A DNA stretch of 64,000 nt from NCBI GenBank assembly GCA_051294375.1, contig CM119264.1, positions 17,671,157-17,735,156 of the forward strand, given 5' to 3'. Source of the DNA: Paraspadella gotoi. Its lineage: Eukaryota; Animalia; Chaetognatha. Within the stretch, counting starts at the first letter, position 1. Each line of letters begins with the position of its first letter. The notes under the pieces are model-generated. The model was not told the origin of the DNA and did not search any database. It was given only the letters and a program-made list of their open reading frames with translations. This document shows, one piece after another, positions 26,855-38,600 of this stretch. A program made the translations under genes and the position numbers.

Positions 26855-28723
26855 TCAAAACTCGTCATGGCGAAGAAGTATATCCCCGAAATCTGTTGCT
26901 TGGCTGCCGACAAAGAGATCGTGTTTGTCGACAATCTCTTCCTTTGTCAAGACCAAGTCTCTGTTGTCGTCGGCTTCTGCGATTAAGTGTTTCGTCTCCA
27001 CCTGCAAAAACGATAAAACTACGTAAAGAAAGAACATTTTCCCCAACTTTCTAATATCAGAATATCAGAATATCAATATTGTAGGGTGGAAAAAACAAGC
27101 CAACTAACAAAAGAAAAAAAAATACTGCAGAAAATTAATTCCTCGTTTCTTACTTCGGAATGATCGAGGTCGTGAGGGAGGATCCACTCCTCAACCTCCT
27201 GACGATCCAATTTCCCGTCTTTGTTTTTGTCGCGAAAGTCAACGAACTGCTTCCGCTCCTCAGCAAGCCACTCGGGCTCTGCTTCTTCTTCGTCCCCGTC
27301 CCCCCCGCTCCACAAATCGGCTAAGTATTCTTTCATGTTGACCAGACTGGTTCGATAGAAATAAGTCAGATTACCGGAATTTAATTCGTAATCCTATACA
27401 AGTATTTGGTCAGTCTTTTCAGCATCTTAGGTTAGGAAGCATGCCTACCCGTCGCCGTCTTTGTCAATGTCTGCGATGGTTTCGTGAATGACAACATCGC
27501 GCATGTGAGCCCCTCCCTCCTCGGGATGGAGAAAATCCGTGAATTCTTCTTTGGAAAGGAATCCATTTTGGTCTCGGTCGGCCGCTTCGAAACGGTGCTG
27601 GTCCCGCTCGATGACCTTTAAGGCGAGAAAAAAAAAATATATTTATTGGAAAACAAATGATTAGCGATACAAGGATTGACAAAAACCTCTGAGTAGGAAT
27701 TGTGCCCATTAGCTAAGTTTGCAGTCTCGAGCTGATTCTGTTCCACGAAACCATAACTGACGTTATAGTATTCTTGCCAGGTCAACTCGCCATCGCCTTA
27801 AGATAATTCATCAGAGTTTTTCTTAAGTGAACAAAATTGTTGATAGTGTTCACTGTTCTGGCTTACCCTTTACTTCATGAGATTTCCATTGACGCTCAAC
27901 GTCTTCAGTGATGTATCTTTTTTGAACGAAAACAATCCAATTCTGAAAAAATATAAAAACAATTACATCAATCAATCAATCAATTACAAACAATCACATC
28001 ACCGCAATCATGCACGTGGTCACATGACTACGCAACTAAAAAATACACGACTAAAAATTGTAAATTAACTTATAAAATTGTAATTTATAGCGCGCTTTAG
28101 CATAAAGTCGTAAATGAAAATAGCAATCTGTCAATTATAAACTAACCATGATAAAAATTCTGAAAAAAACAATTATTCGCACCAATGCAATACAACGATC
28201 CAAGCACCTTTAACTCGTCGAACGTAACGAGTCCATCTTTATCGGCGTCGATGCGGTCGACGATGATGCCGAGCCGTTTCTTGCTTTCCTCATCACTCAA
28301 TTCGTCGAAGGTTTGAGCGTCTTCGCGGCCAAGAAATGCCTCGTGATCGTAGTCATTGTTGTGAGCGTCGTCCGCGCTAAGAAGCAGAACAAAAGGTAAA
28401 ACGGTCTATGGGTTAATTAAGGAAAATCGATCAGATACATGTTTAGTAACTTTAAAAAGAATCAATAAAAGCGGTAATATTAACTAATAAGTAAGACAAT
28501 CTTACCCATAGTGATCCTTATCGCTCAGCTTGTGTTCGTGAGGAGAGTTAAGCGAATCTGAGTTTCCTTTCGAAAGGGAGGCAGCGGCGGACAAAGAAGT
28601 GGTAGTTATCATCAAAACAATTAAAGTAAATAAGGGAGTTTTTCCTAGTGCTCGAGTCCTTGCATTGAGACTTTCATGAAGAAAAAAAGATCTCCGATGT
28701 AGAAGAAATAATGTCATGATCAT
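26855..28723 (-). CDS. CALU: Calumenin (CREC family multi-EF-hand ER Ca2+-binding protein), 7 exons
   Basis: Spliced protein contains [48 protein letters not shown] and [13 protein letters not shown], and ends [10 protein letters not shown]...HDEF (calumenin-type ER retrieval signal). All introns are GT-AG. The start codon is inferred. Confidence 0.93.
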
Positions 28724-28909
28724 TTTGATGTTGAATCGTTTAATTTCCACAACTTATTTGTTATATACGCGCTGAAAAGAAATTTGATAATATTTTATCA
28801 TTATCCCAACATCAAATCAGTATTAAAAATAGTTAACCAACGAAGTAACGGTGATATAAAAATTGGAGAGATCTCATAAATATAATAAAAACGGCTGTCA
28901 ATTTGGAGT

Positions 28910-29490
28910 CTAATCTTCGCCCTCCAGCAAAAGCTTGACCATTGCCTTTTTCGTGCAAGTGTCGTCTCCTAATCTCTTTTCCGGATGATTCCAATCCATA
29001 AGCGTCGGCACGCTTGTCAGCTTTAATTTTTTATCCGTTCTGTAAGTAAAAACCATATTAACGTTGACGTTAAAACCTTAGGCTTAAGTTAAGTAATAAA
29101 AAAAATTTAAAACTCGTGGCAATTGTCAAACCAATTCAAAAAGAAATATTCACCTAAAAACATTTGATTGGTTCTTCCAAAATTCTTTATTCCCGACGCT
29201 GCAGTGAACCAGGACCAAACCGGCGCAATCGATTTCCTTTAAAGTAGAGGCGACGAGCGGTTCAGCCACCACGCAATCCGGACACCAGCTATTTCCGTCG
29301 GCTCCGACAGAACCACAGAACAATACAAAGAGACGATCAGCCGTCTGTCGCAGGGAAAAATTTGCTATGAAAAAAATTCTCCTCGTGAGGATATTTTTTT
29401 GTTTTGCATTTTGCTTACTTTGCATTTTTCGTCAGATTTTAACAACTCCATGAGAGCCTCGAAACCTTCGACGTGCAATTCAACTGCCAT
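28910..29490 (-). CDS. TXNDC17: Thioredoxin domain-containing protein 17 (TRP14); exons 29490-29419, 29344-29154 and 29039-28910
   Basis: MAVELHVEGFEAL...GNSWCPDCVVAEP...FWKNQSNVFR...LKLTSVPTL. The WCPDC active site is diagnostic. Confidence 0.95.
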
Positions 29491-29610
29491 CTAGATGAGT
29501 AAAAGTGACTAATTAATCAATAAAGACAAAAAGTAATTTCCCTCCTAATTAGCGTTATCAGAACAAATGAATTCCGAAGTAAACAAATAATAAAATACTA
29601 AAAAATAGCC

Positions 29611-29862
29611 ATGCAACGATTTTTTTTAAATTGCACTTTAAATATGAAAAAGGCATTGAAACGTACGCATTACGCAAAAGCGGCCAAACAACTTAAACAC
29701 ACGAGGCGTGGAAATTGGAGAAGATATGCGAATTATAAAGGCATCGGATATTACTTGAGCATAATTCTTATTGGTACTGCTTTAATGTTTATATACTCAA
29801 TGATCATTAACAGTTCTGCCTTCAAGCATTTCAACGTCGAAGTTATTAAAGATATTGTTTAA
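29611..29862 (+). CDS. Putative 83-aa single-pass membrane microprotein of unknown function
   Basis: ATG in gccATG context, Lys/Arg-rich acid-free N-terminus, about 22-aa hydrophobic segment, and an uninterrupted ORF in AT-rich DNA. No homolog recognised. Confidence 0.35.
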   Translation: MQRFFLNCTLNMKKALKRTHYAKAAKQLKHTRRGNWRRYANYKGIGYYLSIILIGTALMFIYSMIINSSAFKHFNVEVIKDIV

Positions 29863-30053
29863 ATAAGTCATTTATAAATAATCACCCGAAAGGATATCAT
29901 ATAGACATTATGGTATATGTTGTTTCAATCTGTTTGCATTCTTAAACGACACCATCTTCCCAGAATAGAATACGGAAAAAAAAGTTACTTTTCGGGTTAG
30001 ATGTCTTAGAAAATAATAATAATAACAACCACGCTATAGTTAATCCTCACAAA

Positions 30054-31467
30054 TCAGTAAAGTATAGTAGCGATTTTCGTCGATACTATCGAAGAAGACG
30101 GCGGAGGTGAGGACGGCGTCACTGGAGAAATCGATGATGACGTCAACGACTGATTGTGGTTTAAGTCAAAAGGACGACGAACCATAGACGTGGATTCATC
30201 GTGAGAAGAATAGGGCTTTTTGCTAAGTACCACTTCGATTTCCTAAAATAAAATAAAAAAAATCAAAATCCAAAACCCAGTCAAAGAGTATAAAACTCGT
30301 AGTTAAATACATTTTAAAAAATTACAAAAAATTTAAAAAATACCAAAAAAATTTAAAAAATACCAAAAAAATTTAAAAAATAAATAAAAATAAAAAAATA
30401 AATTCAATCTTTTCCAGAAACTGAAAGTCAACCTGAAAATCCTGGAGCCGATGAACGTCCCTGTCCTTCCGCAAGATTGTATCAGGAAGTTTTCGGATTT
30501 TTAGGATGAGGTTTTTCGTCGGGATTCTTAGTTCGTCGCAGATGATGTCTACAAACGAATCGAAGGTGAGCAATGTTGAAGATCCCGGCCGCATCGCCGC
30601 GTCATGAGAATCGTCACTGACAGTTCTGTCGTCCACGCAGACGTCCGCTTCGAAACGAGGAAACTCCACCTCGATGAAATCGGGATCAAATTGATCGGCG
30701 AGGCGAACTGGAGAACAGGATGTTGATAATTTCTTTGGTATGAAATTGGTACAACCAATATAATAATATAGAAACTAGCCTCATGGATCCATTGATCATT
30801 AATAAAACTTGCCCTTTAAAACGAAAATCCGAGGATGAAATCCTGGATATGGGGCGTAGACTTGACAAGCTGGATGATGCAGATGAGGCGGTAAATGGGA
30901 TGCGACATTGTTCGACGATGTCCGAGTTTGAGACTGGTATTTTTGATGCTGACAATCTAGCGGGTCGGTCGAAACCTTTTTACAATTCGCTGATTCATAA
31001 TCGGCGGAGACGGACCGTGTGTTTCGATCGTCATTGATGTAAGGAAACGGAGGATGAAGAATGTAATTTGGAACGATATCGCCAGAATTCGTTGTCCCCT
31101 TGACGAGACTTGCAGTCGAGCAATTTTCGACGCCCAACATTTTCAGGACTGGAACCTCGGAGGCAACCGACGCCGGAACTTCTCCTTTATCGTTGGAAAT
31201 GCTTGCATCGGCACCGTGCTGAAAAAAAAATGGTGACGTCGAACTTTCAAGAAAAATTAATCGTGCACAGAAATACTTTGCAATAACCTTCAAAAGCAAT
31301 TCCACGATGCTGAGGTGGCCGCGTTTGGCGGCCCAGTGCAGCGCGGTCCACCCGTTCATGGAATGGCGGTCGTTAACATCCACGACGCCTTCTCTAAGAA
31401 GCGACGCCACGCCATCAAGGTTGCCGGTGGCGCAAGCCTCACGAAGGGATTCACATTGATTTGACAT
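30054..31467 (-). CDS. ANKRD40: Ankyrin repeat domain-containing protein 40; exons 31467-31288, 31218-30813, 30707-30433 and 30242-30054
   Basis: LREACATG...NGWTALHWAAKRGH ankyrin repeats, VPNYILHPPFPY, VLKVR...DFIEVE, KIRKLPDTILRKDRDVHRLQDFQEIEVVL, and a C-terminal ILY. Confidence 0.93.
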
Positions 31468-32620
31468 CTGTGCAGAGAATTACTGAGAATTGAATTCATT
31501 ACAGTTATGAAAACATTAAGCCGTTTTCTAATTCAAGTCGAGAGAAATTTTCTAGAGAGCGTTTTCGTTGGTGCCTAGTCCCTAGCTCCACGTTGGCAAA
31601 AACTGAAACATAGATTTTCGCGTTTTCGGCTGGCAATAATCAGCTTACAATCACATCGTCCAGAAAAAGCGAAAGCGATTTTTTCATTACTTTCAAAGCG
31701 GCAAAAGTAAAAGGTCGGCAATAATAAAAATAACATTCTGATGCTGACCTTCTTTCGTCAGCCGATAAAAAGTCATGTAAATTGTATCCTCGGAGCGAAT
31801 GAGTCAGAGGCATTTGAATCAGCAGCGGTTAACCAAGATCATAAGTACACTTCCTTTAAGCAGAATATCTTAACCAAAAGGGTACCGTGTGGTTAAACTG
31901 TCAAAACAAAAATTTCAAATAAATTAGCATATACTAAGTATTTGAACTCACTAATAATCCATATTAGGTTAAACTAAAACCTAAGAATTATAAAAAAATT
32001 TAAAAACAAAATAGCATTTCTAGAAACAAAAGATTGTTTAAACACTTTCTCAGAGTCCCTCGTAATTCAATTTTCAGAATAAGAAATAGCTGGCTTTCAT
32101 AATTCACCGTGTATACTGTATGGTCTATACTATGGTCAAATGTCAACGTTAGTTATATTATTTAAAAAAAATAAATAAAGGTTTTTCTTTTGTTAAAAAC
32201 AAAGTTTATTTGACAGTTGATAATACAACAATTAACAAAAACTAAGGACAAGAATTTTATTTTCTGCGACTATTAAAAAGCAAAAACGTTTTTCCTCAGT
32301 AACCTTTGAACTGTGCATCAATCGACTTATAACAAAACCCCATTACTATTCAAAATTGCGGCTATTTATTTATAAAAAATATATATAATATATATCTTAA
32401 AAAAAGAAATATTTGTTTATTTTAATCATTATAAAGATAAAAAATATAATAAAATAAAAAAATCATGTACTGCTTAACTTTAAGTTTCATTTTTCATGGT
32501 TTTCATTTTTTTTTCATTTTCACTTTCATATTTTATACCATCTATTTCTTGGCATTTTGCCAAAAACAGAAAGTCAACTAATGCACTGTAATCTAGAATT
32601 TCTGCCTATTAGTGTCACGG

Positions 32621-35600
32621 TCATTTGGCTTCCGCCTTTTCTGAGCAATCGGGACAGTTCCAAACGTCCGGAATAGCAGACTTCCTTAGCTTGACGCAAG
32701 AGAGATGAAACCAAGTGGCACATTCGTCACATTCCACCATAGGACGTCCTAATGAAAAAATTAAATATATTTTTTTAAAGAATTCAACTTCAATAGCTAA
32801 AACTAAAAACATATTCCGATAGGATGATCGTACAAATATTAGCCAAAAATCCTCCCAAGCTTTTAAGGTCCGGGATCACCCAATTCAAATTATAATTAGG
32901 CTAAAACTGAGCTCGGATTTCGAAAGGAGAGCTCCTGACGATTCCGAAAATGTATTCACTTTACTATTTTTTCAAAGGCGTCATCGTTTTTTCGATTTTT
33001 TTTTTGTACTATATAAAAATAAAAGAAACCTATTTTGAAGAGTTGCAGCCCAAACCGGTAAGGCGGTTTCTCATTAAATTTGGCATGAATTACCCTTTAA
33101 GTCACGAACTCCAATTCTATTGAAAAGATACTTTCAAAATTTTGCCTTCCTTCATATAAAATTTGAATTATTTTAAACAATTTTTGGGATCAATTCCTTG
33201 ATATCTTTGAAACGAAAAACATTTTTTTCAAAAACGCGCTCATAGAATCTCCCCCACCTTTCTTTTTTGCCCAAGAATATTTTTTTTCTTCAAGAAGAGT
33301 CCAACGGTTTGAGCTGCAACTCTTCGTTTTTAACTTCACTTCGTCAAGAAAGTTAAATTCTGTACTCATTAAACTCATTAAACATCTACATAAAGTAAAA
33401 AGTCAAATTGAAAATAAATTCGATAAGTTTTTTTAACTCCTAAAACTCATAAAAGTTATAAAAACCCGTCTGGAAAATTGTGTAGTAGTTTATTTTAGAC
33501 TTATTAGTGATACAACTCCAAGTATGTACTTTTACTAAAGGAGGAATTAAATATAAGAAGTAGAAATTGAGCTTACTGTAAAGAATCAGGTTTGAGTTAA
33601 AAATTTTAATCTGTAGAAATTTAACTTACATATAAAAAATTATTTTTCTCTTGAAAATCTAGTTTTACCGAGAAAAAATTATGTTTAAATTTTTTATGAA
33701 CATTTTATTTAGATTTTTAAAAGTTTTGATTATTTTTCATTAGAAAACCTCTTACAAGATATGAGAAAATGATTAAGATTACAGTAAATTAGATTTCTAT
33801 AATTTAGAATGAGTGATCCCTGGCCTTAAGGTTCGATGCGAAATGATGAAGCTTTTGAGAGAATTGCTGATTAGGAGTCACTCGAGAAGACTTTTTCAAT
33901 GGAGATTTTCGTTCAAATCTGACACCAAACAATATAAACGCTCCTGGTAAAAATTTGGGTAAAATATCGATGTAAAAACACTTGATTCCGATCCTGTTGT
34001 ATCTGAAGGGCTCGCATTTTTTCTCTTGTCAAATCATCAACATCTTGATATCAAACAAGCCAGAACAAATAGAATGCTTCTGGACGGAAAATTTTCTATC
34101 TCTGATTTTATATAGAAATGAAAGGGATTTTTTTCCTTGAAAAGATATAAACGTGACTGAGGTATGTTCCTGTTCAACAAATGACGTCTAATTTTGGAAT
34201 CCTTTGGCAAAGTGTCTGAAGGGCTCTCAAAATTTTTCTTTACATTTTATTTGGTTATTTTGATATGATACGATCCTGGGAAAGTGAATTAGTCCATTTT
34301 GGTGAAATTTTTATTTAAAGTAAAAGTAAAAGAGAGCTAATGATCGGAATTCTAAGAGTTTTCAACCGGGAGTCAGATTCGGGAAAAATCTTCTATGGCA
34401 AAATCTTCCAAAGAAGGGGTTGATTTTCCGAAGATTTTGGTTAATATTTTCTATATTTATGGTCGGATTTTTTGGAAACTTAATATTAACAATATTGCCA
34501 TCATTCTACCTTGGCCGGTATAAGAATATATTGAAAAAACCTCGGGCTTTTTATCATCAGAGCTTAGTCCTATGCTGATGCAGTGATACACATTTGGTAG
34601 CGAAAGCGCTCAATGAAATTAAATATCTTTTTAAACAATCATCAGAATAGGATAGATAGGGTAGTGCGGGGTAATTCGGAACCCTGACCTATAAAATGGA
34701 GTAAAATAATAGTGTATTAATCTTTTATAATTTTTTTGGTTCATTAAATATTTCACCTACTTGACTATCCAAAATTAAAGTTACAGCATTCAAAGTTGCC
34801 AATCATATTTCGTCTTTGAGTAGTCGTTTTCAAGCCTCTGTCTCAGTCATAATTGACGTAATATTACTATTAAATATTAATTTATGATAAACGAGACTAC
34901 TAATTTTTAGTTGTTGTAAAGAGCCTTTCCCAAAAATTTTTAATTATTTCTTTACATAGCTACAATTTAATTGTGGTAAAACAGAACACCTGTTAAGTAG
35001 GTGTTCTGTGTTACCCAATATGCATTTTATAGCGGGTTAGTGATGATTTACTAAATAATAATAACATTTAGCAACATTTGTGGAATAATTAGGCGGAAAA
35101 AAATTATTTTAGTAATATTATTAGAGCAAAAAATATATAAACATTGGAATGGAATTTAAATAAGGTTAAAACATTAGTTATTATATTTTCAAGTGTTCCG
35201 AATTACCCCAGGGTGAGGTAAATCGGAATACTTTTCAATTCTTTAAAAAATGCACCCCTAGGAGCCGCAGGATAAAAACGACTGGACGCTTTCCAAGATA
35301 TATCACCAGAAATTTTTTTTTTAAATGTATTTATTTGTCCAAAAATTTGATTATATACAAAATTGTTTCGAATTGCACATTCATTTTTCTTAGGAAGTTG
35401 ATAACTAATACAGAATTATGATTATTTTTAAATTTTTAAAAGCTTTGTTAAAATTGAAGTATTAATAATTATCTATGAAAATTTATTTCAAGAGAACGTG
35501 ATGAAATAATAAGAATAAAAGTTTACACTCTAATATTATAACCTACTCCTAAGTGCCACTTCGCAAAACACTTTTTTGCACACTTATTTGCCAATGGATT

Positions 35601-38600
35601 CAGCTCATAAATTTGAATTTTTCAACATTCCTCACTTGCCAATATAAATATAACCAGTGGTTGCGCCAATATATGTATATCGCTTTCAAGGGCTTAAACT
35701 AAACTGTTACTGCGGCATTAATAATATTTTGCTGAAGAGACAGTAATTATTGATAAGTATTAATGACAGAACCGTTTCAATGTAAGCAGTCCGTGAGCTT
35801 CGGATCAGGCTGTAACACCGAGTTACAGGTGGGTTAAGCGCCCCGTCCCTCTTAACTGCTAGGCGGCCACCGGGCTAGAACCCCGGACCTTTGGGTTGGG
35901 AAGCGAATGACTTGCCTCTGGCACCAATGGCCGCTGATGAACTGTGGTGGATTTTAGTCCACCATACATCCCCCCCTCCCGTAGGGAGAAGTCTGTTGCG
36001 TCTTCATTTTGTATTGTTGGTGGAAAGTGCGTCACCAAGTTGAGGCATGTCGCCTGATGTGTTGTTGGCGGAAAGTGCCATCGTCAGGTTGAGGCATGTC
36101 GCCTGAAAGTGTTGTTTGTTGTTGTGTTCGGAAGTCGGTTTTTAAAAATGCTCTTTTGTTTTTATTAAACTAAAGCATATAAAAATTTTCTATTTTGTAT
36201 GAAGATAAATGAAGATAAATGAAGATCTAGTGGGTGCAGACAGAAGGGCAATTTTAAAAAAAAATAAAATGGACAGAAAAAATATTTTTAAAAAAATCTT
36301 AAAAGCATAAGGATCATCGCAATTGCATAAAAAAATATGGACCCATGACAAACTTTGACACTCAAAAAATCAAAATTTGATACAGGAGAACTATGTTTAT
36401 ATATACCGAGAAAAATTAAAGTTAGTTTCTGAAAAAAAAAAAACCAAAAAAAAAAATGTTCAATGTCAAATAAACTGATCAGCAGACGCAGCCCCTGAGA
36501 AAAAAAAAATCTTAAAAGCATAAGGATCGTCGCAATCGCATAAGAAAAATCTGGATTACGACAAATTTTGATACTAAAAAAATAAAATTTGAGAAAAGAA
36601 AATTAATTTATAACCAGAATAAAAAATTCTATTTTGCGATTGTCAATTAAAAAAAAGTACCAAGGAAAATTAAAGTTACAATTCCTGAAAAAAAAAAAGA
36701 AAAAAAAAACTTTTTCATTGTCAAAAAATAAACTAATCAGCAGACGCAGCCCTGAGAAAAAAAAAAGAAATAAAAACCCGCGATAGCAAAATGATAACAT
36801 GCACGAATGCGATGCTTAATTTTACGAGTTAAATCCTAATTCAATTTTTTGGTTTTAGTAAAAACGAAGAAAGAGAGAGAGAGAAAAAAGAAAAGAAAGA
36901 AATCAAAAGGCAGAAGCAGAAAGAGAAAAGAGAGAAAAAGAGAGCCCCTGCAGACTCGTTTTTTTTCCGATGAATAAGCACTGGGGAAAAGAGAGAGAGA
37001 GAGCTACATATAATATAAGGAAAAAAAAGAGAGAGAAGAAGACATGAAAATTTAAATATAGGATAATTATGTTTTGATAAAACGTAAACAAAATATATTT
37101 AATAACTGTCCTGACCCAATTTTAATGACATCGATCTATGTACAAAACTTATGTGTAAAACCACAGCAATATCGTCGCAAACGCAATGCGATTGCGACGA
37201 TAAAAAAAGAAAGAGAGATAGCGAAAGAGAGAAGAAGCCAAATCGTTTTTGGACGAATCATCAGCAGCAGCAACAGAAACAGCCAGAAAAAAAGAAAGAA
37301 ATCAAAAGGCAGCAGCAGAAGCAGTAAAAGAAAAGAAAGCCCCTGCAGAGCCAAAGCAGAGCAGATGATTTGAATTGTTTGTTTTGATAAAACGTAAACA
37401 AAACATATTTAATAACTGTCCTCAGCCAATTTCAAGGACCTCGATGATGAGAAGCTGTATATAAATTTTCAACTTCATACACCCAAATTTAATCATCAAA
37501 AAGGCGATCGATAAGTTGGAACGCCGACGCCGACGACGACGCGACTTAGGCGCAAAAGCGTTACGAGATCGTCGCAATCGCTTTGCGATAAAAAAAAATT
37601 GTATAATTTCAGGGGGTAATAAACTAGGCCGCAAAGCAAATAGTGAAGTTACCTGCGAAAGGCTTTTGACAGAAGCATGTGACGGAATTAGCGTCGTCGT
37701 CGCCATCTTCGACCTTAACCGTGGACTTTCGACCATTTGATGATTTCGTTTGGATGATGTAGGAGTTTACCGTCGAGTTGGCCAGCGACGACGACGAAGA
37801 TGAGGGAGAAGGGGATGATGAAAGGCGAGAAGATAAAACAGAGGAGGAAGACGAAGAGACAGAGGTGGCCGGCGATGGCGGCGTGACAACTTCAACACCG
37901 GTGTCTTTCGATGACAACGGTGACAGTCTTGAGCTCTTTTCGTCATAGACGGCAGAGGAAGGCGATGCCCGATCATACTTGAATGAATCGAACTCCTGAA
38001 ACGTCGTTCGGGGAATAAGCCGCTTTGTTTGGTGAGAGCTCTGTTGAAGCTGCTGAGGTTCCTGATGTGGCAGTTGCCGATGCTGCGTATACGAAAAAAA
38101 CTGGGGGAATTGCGAAGAGGGTGGCGAGGAACCAGTCGTAGAGACGGAGGTAAAGGAAGAAGAGAAATAAGCACCCGTGGAAGATGAGGATTCGGGGACC
38201 GGGGTTGACGCGTGTGAAGAGGAACTTCCGGCCAGCGGAAGCGAGGGCGGAGTCAGCCATTCTCGATCGCGTCTATAACCGTCCATAAGAGTGCCGTCAC
38301 TGGGGCGTGGCGGTGATCCGACATGGAGATTTGAGACTCCTTTGAAGTCGGTGGTCGACCCAAAGTAGTGACGACGGCCGCTGCTGTTAGTTTTCTTTCT
38401 TGTTTTTTCATGGTTAGATGCGACAACGCCGCCTTCGCCATTTCCAGAAAGAGATGCAACGTAGTTGATGACATCATTTCGTTTAGTCTCTGGGGTCGGA
38501 TCCGGAAGGGGCGTCATTTGAATGACTCCATTGAGCGCGGTGACGCAACCTGAACCGCTGTTGCAAGGAGCGGCAAAATCAGACGCCGGACGCCTCGGCG

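Noticed and set aside
35863-35934. Functional tRNA-Gly gene
   Set aside because: The anticodon stem does not pair, the T-loop is atypical, and the sequence is embedded in a repeat.
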